Under the pieces are notes generated by a model that worked only from the letters and a program-made list of their open reading frames with translations, was not told the DNA's origin and ran no database searches. This document shows positions 33,675 through 43,862 of a stretch of DNA of 64,000 nucleotides, one piece after another. Numbering within the stretch: position 1 is the first letter of the stretch; the number at the start of each line of letters is the position of its first letter. Position numbers and translations under genes: made by a program. The stretch comes from Oligoflexia bacterium (GTDB lineage: Bacteria > Bdellovibrionota > UBA1018). The stretch lies in the NCBI GenBank assembly GCA_963758495.1, contig CAVWVI010000001.1, positions 1 to 64,000 on the forward strand. Reading direction: 5' to 3'.

Positions 33675-33713
33675 CGATTCTCCTTCGATATCATTTGTAG
33701 ATTGTACCCATAA

Positions 33714-33804
33714 ATAAAAAAACCCGCTTTTGCGGGTTTACTCATGTATGAGTCCGAAGCGGAGGATTTATATTCCTGACACTTCTCAGTAAATAGTTCT
33801 TAGA
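33714..33804 (-). ncRNA. Candidate ~90-nt sRNA or attenuated leader
   Basis: TTGCAA-17-TATAAT promoter (33839-33811) and intrinsic terminator AAACCCGC-AAAA-GCGGGTTT plus U-tract; no credible ORF between them. Confidence 0.55.
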
Positions 33805-34047
33805 TGCCCTATTATAAATATAAATTTTAGTAATTGCAATACAATATTAATTAAATCCTTGACTTGAGTCCAGTTACCTATTTAATCAAAAAACTTTATT
33901 AAAGTTAACAGAGGTAAATATTACGGTGCTTGTCAGCAGCCCTAAAGGAACTGCTTACTTCGATATTTTAGAGCCATTTCAGCCTTTTATGTACCACTTA
34001 TGTAAGTGTTGAGTTGAATTCCGACCCTATTAATGCTAATAAGCGCT

Positions 34048-35109
34048 ATGTTTTATAAATTAATTATATTAATAATAACTTTGGTTTCATTCGAAAGTGC
34101 TGCATTTTGTGCAGGTCGAGGTTTGCAAACTGAGAAATTACATTCAAATAATGAATTTAATCCACATTCGGCACGTATTAATAAACTCATGAATAGAATT
34201 CATGAGGCAGAAGGTTATTGTGTTTTTAGTGACGAAATAGTCATGATTCCCGAAGATGATCATTCTGAATCACCCTCTAAGCATTCCGAAAGCATTGAGC
34301 CTTCGAACACGGTTGTGTCGAATCAACACCTAGCTAAAATTTCTTCGGCTTTTGCGTCGACCCTTTTTTCATCTTTAGTGACTTATCCTCTTGATGTCAT
34401 AAAAAAGCGAAGCCAATTCAATACCTCACAACAGGGGCAATGGTTCAAAGGAAGTGGCGCTCACGCAGCTGCCATGTGTTTTTCTGTAGGGATAGGGATG
34501 TCTACCTATGAGGTATTAAAAGGTGAGCAGTGGTCCCCCTTTGCGGCTGGGGTTGTGGGTACCTTGTTAGCAAATACGACTACGACTCCCTTGTGGGTTT
34601 TTCAAGTCCGTACAGCCATGGCACCGGAGAAGCAGCCCTATAAAATCTCCCACTTTCTGAGAGATATCAAAGCACAACCTAAAACAGCCTTTCGAGGACA
34701 ATATGCCAACTTGCTTTCATTGGGGCCGCAGGCTGGATATTATCACTTGTATGAAGAATTTAATGATTTGCTCAAGCGCTCTATGAATCCTTCAGAACCC
34801 CCCTCAGGGAATTCCTCAGAGTCGTCTGATGGAATGTTGAATGAGATGGGTCAGCATGCACTGGCAGCAGGGAGTGCCAGAATTCTGGTCTTGATTCCTT
34901 CTTATCCTATAGATACCCTTCGGCTTCATCGCCAACAATATGGGACCTCTTATTCTGAAATTGCGCAAAAAATGCTGACTGAGGGCGGAGTTGCCAGATT
35001 TTACCGAGGATTTTTTTGGGCTACGTTAAGAGGTGCTGCTGGAACAGCGGTTTATATGGGTTTCTATCAAAAATTGAAAAAAAACATCGAGTCTTTTGAG
35101 GTAAACTAG
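34048..35109 (+). CDS. Mitochondrial carrier family (SLC25/MCF) protein with N-terminal signal peptide
   Basis: Three carrier repeats YPLDVIKKRSQ, TPLWVFQVRT, YPIDTLRLHRQ, each followed by a F/Y-K/R-G motif (WFKG, AFRG, EGGVARFYRG). Confidence 0.88.
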   Translation: MFYKLIILIITLVSFESAAFCAGRGLQTEKLHSNNEFNPHSARINKLMNRIHEAEGYCVFSDEIVMIPEDDHSESPSKHSESIEPSNTVVSNQHLAKISSAFASTLFSSLVTYPLDVIKKRSQFNTSQQGQWFKGSGAHAAAMCFSVGIGMSTYEVLKGEQWSPFAAGVVGTLLANTTTTPLWVFQVRTAMAPEKQPYKISHFLRDIKAQPKTAFRGQYANLLSLGPQAGYYHLYEEFNDLLKRSMNPSEPPSGNSSESSDGMLNEMGQHALAAGSARILVLIPSYPIDTLRLHRQQYGTSYSEIAQKMLTEGGVARFYRGFFWATLRGAAGTAVYMGFYQKLKKNIESFEVN

Positions 35110-35142
35110 CGGGGCACGCATGTCTTTTATAGAGCGAGAATC

Positions 35143-36948
35143 TTAGGCAGCCGAATTCACAAGAACTCGAGTTTGTTCGGGGGCTTTTAGGGGAAGTTCA
35201 ATGATGAAAGTAGACCCCTTGCCTAATTCACTCTCAACATGAATGCGGCCATTGTGAGCCTCAATGATTTGAGTGACGATATAGAGTCCTAAGCCAAGCC
35301 CGGAAGAATGCTTACTCGATACTCCTCTTTCAAATCGGTTAAATATTCTTTCCTGATCTTCCTTTGCGATTCCCATGCCTTGATCTTTGATGGCTACTTT
35401 AACCCTATCCTGCTCAAGCGAAGTTAAAATATGAATGGGGTGGTCTGGACCATATTTTATGGCATTAGTGAGAAGATTAATCATGACTTGCTCAGTTCTA
35501 AATCGATCCCAATGAACTAAAAGTGGATTTGATTTCTTAAATTCCACTTGGCAATTGGCTAGATTTAAATCGTTAGAAAAGCGATCGAGGATATCTTGTA
35601 TGAGTTCAATGAGATCGAACTCTTCAAGGTTGAGCGTAAGTTTTCCGATGGTGATTCGTGAGATATCCAGTAAGTTGTCAATCAGTCGTGAGAGTCTTTC
35701 TAGTTGTCTATTTGATATTTGGATTATTTTCTCTATTCTTTCAGGATTAATATCACTGAGTGAGCCCGCATTTAAGGTACGCAAAAGTAATTGAATTTGG
35801 ATCTTTAAAGGCGTTATAGGGGTTTTTAATTCGTGAGAGGCAATTGAAAGAAATTCGTCTCGCGTACGGATTGCTGTTTGTGCTTGTTTATATAGATTTG
35901 CATTATCGATGGCAATGGCAGCGCGATGGGCTAGATCTTCGAACATGACAAGGTCGAGTTCGTCGTAGCGATGTTCAGTTTTTCCAGAGAGGATGGTCAT
36001 GACTCCTATTGTCTTTCCACGAGCAATAAGAGGAATGATTATAATTGATTGTGGAACAAGGTTTTTGAGTAAGTTTAATTCGTCTTCATTATGTGCGACT
36101 TTCCTAAGAAGTTCGTCTGAAATGGCTTCATAGTATTCCGCCTTTCTGGTGTGATGGGAGAATCGATCTTCAAGGTTTATAACTCCTAATGTTGTCTGTA
36201 AGTGAGTACCGGGCAATGTAAAATATTTTATTTGTCCAAGTTCATCTAAGACATCAATTGAATACCAGTCAGCCAGTTTAGGGACTGCAAGGTGTCCAAC
36301 TTGAAAAATCGTTGATTCGTAATCCAAGGATTCTGAGAGGAGTAAGCTTGCTTCAGCTAAAAAGTCAGAGCGTCTTTTGTTTTTTTGTAACGTTTCTTCT
36401 GCCTTCTTGAGATTCCTGATTTCAAGTTGAGCTATTTGTTGTTCTCGTTTTTTACTTTCACTCTCTCGGAGTTGCTTTTCAACTTGAAGTAATTTTTTAG
36501 TTTTTCTTGATAAATCAACAAAAACGGATATTTTCGATTTTAATACATGAACATCATAGGGTTTGTAGAGATAATCTACAGCACCGTGATTATATCCTTT
36601 ATGTAGATAAATCACATCATTATTGGTTGCAGTTATAAAAATGATAGGAATTTCACGAGTTCGCTTATTTGACTTGATTAATGATGCCGTTTCAAACCCA
36701 TCCATATTTGGCATCTGTACATCCATAAGGATGAGTGCAGGCTCTTGATGGAGTAGATATCTAAGAGCGGCTTCACCTGAGTTTGCTTTGATTAAATTAT
36801 AATAAGGAGAGCCTATAACGGCTTCAAGGGTAAGGAGATTTTCTACTCGATCGTCTACAAGGAGTATATCTATTTTATCAAGATCTGTATCAGGATTATT
36901 GCTTGTTATCATGTGTAAGAATCTCCAGTTTTGTATGTTTTCACTCAA
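35143..36948 (-). CDS. Hybrid kinase REC-GAF-HisKA-HATPase
   Basis: ILLVDD, MDVQMP, ASHELKTP, NAIKY, DQGMG, GLGLGL. Confidence 0.93.
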   Translation of the reverse strand: MSENIQNWRFLHMITSNNPDTDLDKIDILLVDDRVENLLTLEAVIGSPYYNLIKANSGEAALRYLLHQEPALILMDVQMPNMDGFETASLIKSNKRTREIPIIFITATNNDVIYLHKGYNHGAVDYLYKPYDVHVLKSKISVFVDLSRKTKKLLQVEKQLRESESKKREQQIAQLEIRNLKKAEETLQKNKRRSDFLAEASLLLSESLDYESTIFQVGHLAVPKLADWYSIDVLDELGQIKYFTLPGTHLQTTLGVINLEDRFSHHTRKAEYYEAISDELLRKVAHNEDELNLLKNLVPQSIIIIPLIARGKTIGVMTILSGKTEHRYDELDLVMFEDLAHRAAIAIDNANLYKQAQTAIRTRDEFLSIASHELKTPITPLKIQIQLLLRTLNAGSLSDINPERIEKIIQISNRQLERLSRLIDNLLDISRITIGKLTLNLEEFDLIELIQDILDRFSNDLNLANCQVEFKKSNPLLVHWDRFRTEQVMINLLTNAIKYGPDHPIHILTSLEQDRVKVAIKDQGMGIAKEDQERIFNRFERGVSSKHSSGLGLGLYIVTQIIEAHNGRIHVESELGKGSTFIIELPLKAPEQTRVLVNSAA

Positions 36949-37081
36949 TTAGAAATTCAATGGCTTTTTTACCGTTTTTGGCCGTGATTACGCCGTAGTT
37001 TTCGCTTTCAGAGACTTCTCGTAGGGATTCCCTAATGTCGTCTTCATCTTCGATAATCATGAGCTCATGCTTAGTTTTCAT
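36941..37081 (-). pseudogene. Truncated receiver domain
   Basis: LMIIEDEDDIRESL..AKNGKKAI stops before the phospho-acceptor Asp. Confidence 0.6.
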
Positions 37082-37352
37082 CAAAATACTTATTACTGTA
37101 ATCTGTTTTTTATTGAAAGAGCGTAACATTTAAATGTTTAATTTAAATGTTACATAGTTAAAAAAATAATAAATTTGTATCTAACAGCTATAGTAAGGAA
37201 AATATTAATTAATTAATAATATGTGACTTGCAGCTTTTTAGAGAGAATGTTAAATTATGAAATATTTTATATTTTTATTAAAGGGCGGCAAAAAATTAAG
37301 ATAAATACTTTTCGTCGGTAAGCGAATATTTTATTAAAGAGATATGTTTTAG

Positions 37353-39134
37353 ATGGCCAAGAAAAACAAAATACCCCTAAGTGATCTTGTGGCACCTGCA
37401 AATGAAGTCGTTCGTGTGATTAATGCAGTTGCTAAAGGAGATTTATCTCAAAAAATGTCCCTTGAGATTGAGGGTCGTCCGGTGTGCGACGAGTTCCTGC
37501 GTATTGGTACCACAGTGAATTCAATGATAGACCAGCTTAATTCGTTTGCCGCTGAAGTCACACGTGTTGCAAAGGAAGTGGGTAATGAAGGAAAGCTCGG
37601 TGGACAAGCTGACGTGAAGGGTGTTTCAGGTACGTGGAAAGACCTGACGGATAACGTCAATCAGCTTGCTCGAAATTTCACCTCCCAAGTACGTGCGATT
37701 GCCGATGTATCTACAGCAGTGACGAAAGGCGATTTGACTCGTTTGATTCATGTCGAAGCGCAAGGTGACCTTTTTCAAGAACTCAAACGTTCTAACGCAG
37801 AGCTTGAGGCTCAAGTAAGTGAATTGAATCAGAAAGCAAAGCTCCTTGAAGCCAAAAACCGGGAGGTTGAGCTGGCATCTAAGAGTGTGGAAGAAAAAGC
37901 GGAACAATTACAGCTGATCTCAAAATATAAATCTGAATTTTTGGCTAATATGTCACATGAGCTCAGAACCCCTCTGAGTAGCTTGTTAATTCTCTCGAAG
38001 GTGCTTTCTGAAAATAAAGACGGCAATCTGACGCTGGAGCAGGTTAGGTTTGCGAATACAGTTTTTACCTCAGGTAATGATCTGCTGGGTTTAATTAATG
38101 AAATATTGGATCTGTCCAAAGTTGAATCGGGTAAAATGCCCATCAATCCAAAGGAAATTCAATTGCCTAGTGTTCAAGATTATATTGAACAAATTTTTAG
38201 ACATATAGCTGAACAAAAATCAATAAAGTTTGAAATTAGAATAGATGAAAAACTGCCTCAAACCATGGTTACTGATGCTCATCGACTTTACCAAATTTTG
38301 ACGAACTTAATCTCCAATGCGTTTAAGTTCACTGAGCAGGGAAGTGTGGAGCTCGTTATTCATCCTGTTGATAAGTTTAAAAAGTTTTCCTCGGCAAACT
38401 TACCTTTAAATTTAAATCTAATCGCCTTTGCTGTGAAAGATACGGGTATTGGAATTTCAGCCGATAAGCAAAGTCTGATCTTTGAGGCTTTTCAACAAGT
38501 GGACGGAAACACAAGTCTTAAGTACGCTGGGACAGGTCTGGGTCTTACGATCAGTCGAGAAATTGCAGGATTACTGGGTGGCTGGATTGAGGTTCAAAGT
38601 GCTCCCTGTGCTGGAAGTGTATTTATTCTTTATTTACCCCAAGACTACACAAGGGTCGAAGTGACAAGCTCTGGACAAAAAACTCATTTGGTGTCGGACG
38701 CGGAAAGCAACCTCACTATTCCTAGACTTCCTGATGACGCAGACTTCACTGGTAAGAAAATCCTTATCATGGATGATGATATTAGAAATATTTTTGCTAT
38801 TAATAGCGTTCTTGAGTCCAGAAAAATGAAAGTATTTCATGCGGAAAATGGAAAACTTGGAATTCTTCTCCTAAATCAGAATCCTGACGTCAATCTCATC
38901 CTGATGGATACGAGGATGCCCGAAATGGACGGGCTGACTGCCACTCAAGAGATTAGAAAAGTACCCAAGTTCAAGAATCTTCCGATCATTTCTCTTACCG
39001 CCAAGGCAATGAAAGGTGATCGAGAGAAGGCGATTCATGCTGGCGCTTCAGATTATGTAACAAAACCAGTGGATCCTGAGAAGTTGCTCTCGGTTATGCA
39101 CATTTGGCTTAAGAATCCTAGGAAAACAGCTTAA
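37353..39134 (+). CDS. Soluble HAMP-repeat hybrid histidine kinase (HAMP-HisKA-HATPase-REC)
   Basis: [45 protein letters not shown]-terminal REC. Confidence 0.93.
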   Translation: MAKKNKIPLSDLVAPANEVVRVINAVAKGDLSQKMSLEIEGRPVCDEFLRIGTTVNSMIDQLNSFAAEVTRVAKEVGNEGKLGGQADVKGVSGTWKDLTDNVNQLARNFTSQVRAIADVSTAVTKGDLTRLIHVEAQGDLFQELKRSNAELEAQVSELNQKAKLLEAKNREVELASKSVEEKAEQLQLISKYKSEFLANMSHELRTPLSSLLILSKVLSENKDGNLTLEQVRFANTVFTSGNDLLGLINEILDLSKVESGKMPINPKEIQLPSVQDYIEQIFRHIAEQKSIKFEIRIDEKLPQTMVTDAHRLYQILTNLISNAFKFTEQGSVELVIHPVDKFKKFSSANLPLNLNLIAFAVKDTGIGISADKQSLIFEAFQQVDGNTSLKYAGTGLGLTISREIAGLLGGWIEVQSAPCAGSVFILYLPQDYTRVEVTSSGQKTHLVSDAESNLTIPRLPDDADFTGKKILIMDDDIRNIFAINSVLESRKMKVFHAENGKLGILLLNQNPDVNLILMDTRMPEMDGLTATQEIRKVPKFKNLPIISLTAKAMKGDREKAIHAGASDYVTKPVDPEKLLSVMHIWLKNPRKTA

Positions 39135-39406
39135 AGAGTAATGAGGCTCTTGATGTCTTTTGCTTTTGCATAGACGGCGAGAACTTCATCGCTCGAGTTC
39201 ATTTTAGTTTTGATACTCAGAGAGAGATACTTACCTTTTGATGACTCTTTAAGCGTGATTTCACATTCTTCAAACATTTTTTCAAAAAATTTGCGTGCGT
39301 CATCTATAAAGGTTTTCTCAATGATAAACTTAAATAAATAATCACACGGCCAGACATGGGTTGCGTCTAATAGTTCCTTAAAGTTTGTAGAGGGTTCAGA
39401 AGTCAT
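39131..39406 (-). CDS. DUF493 (YbeD-like) protein
   Basis: WPCDYLFKFI, SSKGKYLSLS. Confidence 0.85.
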   Translation of the reverse strand: MTSEPSTNFKELLDATHVWPCDYLFKFIIEKTFIDDARKFFEKMFEECEITLKESSKGKYLSLSIKTKMNSSDEVLAVYAKAKDIKSLITL

Positions 39407-39559
39407 TAAAAATGAATACCATACTTTTTAGATACAATCTAAAATTATCAGTTTTTATGCGAGGCGTATTTTATCGGAGTATTTTAAAGGAGTCTGGTTA
39501 AAATTTCTTAATTTGTACTTTTAATTTGAAGACGAGAAGATAGGTCGCAGGGTGAACTC

Positions 39560-39766
39560 ATGAAAAAATGCTGCGACGAATGGCTTATGAAGCTGTTACC
39601 AAAAAATAAAAAAATAGGAAAATTTGAAGAACTCCACACTTGTCCTGCCTGTAACGATAAGCACGTCATTACCTTTGAAACCTTCGCTCTCATGGGCGGC
39701 GCAAAGACTTGCACTACCCTCACTACGGATTGGCCTAAAAGCAAATCAAAAGCCTTAAGAAAATAA
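39560..39766 (+). CDS. Small Cys-containing hypothetical protein (possible Zn ribbon)
   Basis: CC...CPAC...H; purine-rich RBS. Confidence 0.55.
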   Translation: MKKCCDEWLMKLLPKNKKIGKFEELHTCPACNDKHVITFETFALMGGAKTCTTLTTDWPKSKSKALRK

Positions 39767-39808
39767 CTAGGGAGGGGAAGCAGTAGGGTAGGAGTAAAAA
39801 TATTAATT

Positions 39809-39940
39809 TTAAGTTTTTTTATATGATCTTAATTGTCTTTTCCAATGTTGGACTAATTTTTTACAATTCTTTAAAAATGAGCCATCTTTATTCTCTTTAA
39901 TTCCTGTTGCGTGGATATATTTTATGTCATTGTTAGCCAT
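39809..39940 (-). CDS. Putative 43-aa basic small protein
   Basis: GGAG RBS then MANNDIKYIHATGIKENKDGSFLKNCKKLVQHWKRQLRSYKKT; below the ORF-track cutoff. Confidence 0.35.
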   Translation of the reverse strand: MANNDIKYIHATGIKENKDGSFLKNCKKLVQHWKRQLRSYKKT

Positions 39941-40125
39941 GCTTTTCTCCCACCCAATCTTCCCACGCCAACTGCATATCTAAAACTTAAGAAATATTAA
40001 CCGAAGTAACTATCTAATATAATTAATATAAATAAGTTAAAACTGATCTCCCTATTGTAGGCCATTATCCTCTAATAAAGGTATGTCAACCCTTTCCGGG
40101 ATAGCCTCTTCTTCATAATAGCTGG

Positions 40126-43100
40126 TTATTTCGCTTTGAGTTTGCTCTGCTTCATAGCGCTTAAGTGGCTGGGGCTTAAAACGAGTACCCCCTGGTGATT
40201 ATCCTGGGTTGGACCCAGAGGGGTCTCATAAATGGGAAGTGTAAAGTAAAAACAACTTCCTTCGCCAACCTTGCTCTCTACCCATATTTTCCCTTTGTGT
40301 ACTGCGACGATGCTTTTGGCGATAGATAGACCGAGACCCGTTCCCTTTTGTACCGCTTCTTTGGCTTGCCAGTATCTTTCGAAAACGTGAGGCAATTCTT
40401 CAGGGGAAATCCCTTTTCCAGTATCTGCTACCGAGAAACACACCTCTTGGCCTTTCTTTTGAGCGCCAATGGTGATTATTCCTCCCTCCGGAGTGAATTT
40501 CAATGAGTTCCCCACAAGGTTTGAGAGCACCTGCATGACACGATCGTGGTCACATAACACCTTGGGTAGATTGGGTTCTAGATCTTCGACTAAGTGAATT
40601 GATCTTGCACGAGCAATGGGGTTCATAGATTCGATGAGTGTTCTTATAATTCCCGCCCCATCCTGGGCGCTGGGGTTATTTGCAAACGATCCAGCTTTGA
40701 TCTTAGTTAAATCCAAAATATTTGCTATAAGGCGCTCCATCACTTTAGCTGAATGTGCAATACTATCCGATGATTGTTTTAGGCGCTCACTTACAAGAGG
40801 ATCGGTTGTCTTAATGAGGAGAAGCATTTGCGCGTTTAATGCTATTGCGCTCAGTGGATTTCTTAAGTCATGGGAAATGATAGCCATCACATCTTCTCGA
40901 GTTTGAATTGCCTCCTGCGCTTCTAGATAGAGTTTCGCATTTTCAGCCCCTAACGCGCATCGGTTTGCAATGAGTTCTAAAAAGGGAATGTCATCGCGAC
41001 TCAATTTGCGACCTGAGTCGGTCATTGAAAAAGTAACTGTACCCAAAATGCTATCTCGGCCTTTCAGCGGAAGGGTAACGAAAGATGTTATCCCGATTAG
41101 CTCCACGCGCTTTTTTTGGTCCTCGTCAACGTCAAGCTGATTTAAAAGGTCTGACTTAACATCCTCGACCAAAAGAGGTTCACCGGTTTTTAAGGCATAA
41201 TCCGCTGTATACCGACCATCCTTTGCTGATACAATGTGAGAAGCGAAAGTTTGCAAAAGTTCGCGAGATGACCGATGTTGCGTCCCAATTGCTTTAAATT
41301 TGAGTTGATTTTCTTCAAGTATCGCCACAACACATAAGTCAGCTATCTTCGAAGCGACAGTATCGGCGGCCAATTGGAGTCTCTCCTGATAGTTCATTGT
41401 TTCGGACAGTGTTTTGCTTAAATGGGATAAAAATGTCACTTGGTTTTCAAATGTCTTTCTTGCAGTCATGTCCCTAATAATGGCGTTAATTTGCTTCCCA
41501 TCACGGGTCATGACTGGGCTAAGGTTAATATCTATTGGAAACTCACTCCCGTCTTTTTTACGGCCATAGAGATCAAGTCCAGTTCCCATAGCCCGAGCAT
41601 GTGGATTCTTACTATAGGTATTGCGATGTTCTACATGGCTCCGTCTAAACCTTTCAGGAATTAAAATCTCAATAGGCTGGCCAACGAGTTCGTTTTTTGT
41701 GTAACCGAACTTTTTTTCTAATTGAGGATTTATCGAAACCATTTTTCCATTTAAGTCCGTAACAAGAATGGCGTCATAAGCCCCTTCAAATAAAACTCGA
41801 TATTTTTCTTCAGATGTGGCGAGAGCTTCTTCGGCACGTTTCATTTCTTCGATGTCAGTACAAGTGCCGAACCATTCAATCACCTTTCCGTTCTCATCAT
41901 GTAGTGACGACCCGCGAATCAACCACCACTTATAAACTCCATCGAAACGCCGAAGCCTGCATTCAAGCGAATAGACCCCATCGGTTTTCACCGCTTTTTG
42001 CCAAGCATCCCAGGACCGCTGTTGGTCATCGGGGTGAAATGGCTTGTTCCAACCGTGACAATAGCTTTCTTCCAGCGTCATTCCGGTGTAATCCACCCAC
42101 TGTTGATTGAAATAAGTATTCATGCCTTCGGAATTGCAGGCCCAAACGATCTGTGGCATAGCCTCGGCTAATGTGTGAAATTTTCTCTCGCTTGCTTCGA
42201 GCATTTCCTTATCTTTTTTTCTAACTGTGATGTCACGAACAAATCCACGCAACATTTGATCGGGGTAGAGTTTTCCGCTCAGTTCTACAGGAAGATAACT
42301 CCCGTCTTTTTTCTTAAGATGCCATTCAGCAACCTTGGTCGCGCCAAATTTTTGGTAATCCTCCACATTCTGAAGTGCTCTGGGAAGTTCCTCTGCTGGG
42401 AGAAGATCATCGATTTTTAGTTTAAGCATTTCATCCCGGGAGTAACCCAGCAATTCAAGACCAGCATGATTGACATCGGTATAGTGTCGCTGAAGGTTTG
42501 CCTCAAAAATCCCATCGCTCGCTTGGTCTAAAATTAATCTGAATTTTTCTTCGGATTTTCTATGTTGATCTTCGGCCCGAACGCGTAATCTCAGGTTTCG
42601 GAATATCCAAATGAAGAGAAGAACAGTCAAAATTGAGAGCATACTCAAGAGCCTAATTGAATCTTGTTGTACTCTAGCAACCCGCTTGACTTTGAGTTGT
42701 TCTTCCTCAGAACGCATTTCTTCAATCATTGTACGTATTGAGTCGATAAGGTGCTTTCCACGACCGCTCTTAACTTGAGAAGGAGCGTCGGCCCCGATCT
42801 TAACAAGATGGATTTCAGCCTCCCCAAAAATTTTCCACTCCGCCTCGGTCGCCTCTATTTGATTCAAACGGTTCCCTTGTGGAGGATTGTCACGCGTGAG
42901 GCTCCGAAGTCTGTGAATCGTAGAAGGAAGGTCTGTCGTTGCTTTGTCGTATGGCTCTAGAAAATCAGGATCGCCTGTAATGACAAAACTCAGGACGCCT
43001 GTTTCGAGATCAATGATCTCCTTTTCTAGAATATTTACGTTCGCAATGACTTGATCAGTGTGATTTACCCAATTATTCAGGGAATGAAAGCGGCTAAGCT

Positions 43101-43191
43101 CCCAGAATAACGTCAATGTTACGCATCCCATAAGAACGAGGGGAAAAAGGAGATGGGGAGTTTTGATGTAGGTTAGCAGCCGTTTAGGCAT
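40126..43191 (-). CDS. Sensor kinase CHASE3-PASx3-GAF-HisKA-HATPase
   Basis: WVNHTDQV..DLETG..FVITGD (CHASE3), three PAS/PAC domains, ISHDLRNP, GTGLGL. Confidence 0.93.
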   Translation of the reverse strand: MPKRLLTYIKTPHLLFPLVLMGCVTLTLFWELSRFHSLNNWVNHTDQVIANVNILEKEIIDLETGVLSFVITGDPDFLEPYDKATTDLPSTIHRLRSLTRDNPPQGNRLNQIEATEAEWKIFGEAEIHLVKIGADAPSQVKSGRGKHLIDSIRTMIEEMRSEEEQLKVKRVARVQQDSIRLLSMLSILTVLLFIWIFRNLRLRVRAEDQHRKSEEKFRLILDQASDGIFEANLQRHYTDVNHAGLELLGYSRDEMLKLKIDDLLPAEELPRALQNVEDYQKFGATKVAEWHLKKKDGSYLPVELSGKLYPDQMLRGFVRDITVRKKDKEMLEASERKFHTLAEAMPQIVWACNSEGMNTYFNQQWVDYTGMTLEESYCHGWNKPFHPDDQQRSWDAWQKAVKTDGVYSLECRLRRFDGVYKWWLIRGSSLHDENGKVIEWFGTCTDIEEMKRAEEALATSEEKYRVLFEGAYDAILVTDLNGKMVSINPQLEKKFGYTKNELVGQPIEILIPERFRRSHVEHRNTYSKNPHARAMGTGLDLYGRKKDGSEFPIDINLSPVMTRDGKQINAIIRDMTARKTFENQVTFLSHLSKTLSETMNYQERLQLAADTVASKIADLCVVAILEENQLKFKAIGTQHRSSRELLQTFASHIVSAKDGRYTADYALKTGEPLLVEDVKSDLLNQLDVDEDQKKRVELIGITSFVTLPLKGRDSILGTVTFSMTDSGRKLSRDDIPFLELIANRCALGAENAKLYLEAQEAIQTREDVMAIISHDLRNPLSAIALNAQMLLLIKTTDPLVSERLKQSSDSIAHSAKVMERLIANILDLTKIKAGSFANNPSAQDGAGIIRTLIESMNPIARARSIHLVEDLEPNLPKVLCDHDRVMQVLSNLVGNSLKFTPEGGIITIGAQKKGQEVCFSVADTGKGISPEELPHVFERYWQAKEAVQKGTGLGLSIAKSIVAVHKGKIWVESKVGEGSCFYFTLPIYETPLGPTQDNHQGVLVLSPSHLSAMKQSKLKAK

Positions 43192-43679
43192 TGCGTCTTT
43201 CCTGTAATAAGTTTCACAGAGTCCATAGAAGAGTGACAAAATGTCTCAACTTCATGACAAGAGGGCCCATCTTACACTCTGGGAGCGGTATATAGAACAC
43301 CTGGTAAAAAATCAATGCCTATAGCCAATCCTGTACTATAGGAATATTGCCTATGCACTTAAAGCATAAGAAGCTGGCGACAATATGACGTTCAAGTAAA
43401 CGCTGAAAGTTCATTAAAATTTATTGAATAAATATCATTTGGATGTGGATGGAATTTCTCATATTCAAAGTGAAAGCAAGATTGAAGGATTGGGAATTAA
43501 TTATATCGCGATAGAATAAATAGTGGATTCGAATTCCAGCGGTTTACCGAAAGGAGGTTAAGGATGTGATGAGAGGGGGTAGAAACCTTACAATCTGCCG
43601 AATGAGGAAGAGCCCGAGTCTGATTTAGACTCACTTTTGGACGTTTCCCTGAGTGATTTCAATGAGTACTTGACTAAAA

Positions 43680-43766
43680 TGGTGCTCAGGACAGGACTTG
43701 AACCTGCACGGGTTTAACCCCACTGGCACCTCAAGCCAGCGCGTATACCAATTCCGCCACCTGAGC
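43680..43766 (-). tRNA. tRNA-Leu(GAG)
   Basis: GCTCAGG/CCTGAGC stem, CTGGC-TTGAGGT-GCCAG anticodon arm, long variable arm, CCA. Confidence 0.96.
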
Positions 43767-43862
43767 AGGAAAGAGGTTTTGAGAATATTGATCAGGAAGG
43801 CTAAAAAGTCAACGGGAACTCGCCGTTTAAGCAGTTCTTTTTAAGCGAGTTCGTTTCATATT

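Noticed and set aside
33339..33713. Phe-rich plus-strand ORF and other antisense ORFs within long genes
   Set aside because: Shadows of better-supported genes on the opposite strand.
33900..43679. Possible genomic island at tRNA-Leu
   Set aside because: No integrase and no duplicated tRNA 3' end seen; contains a core-like DUF493 gene.
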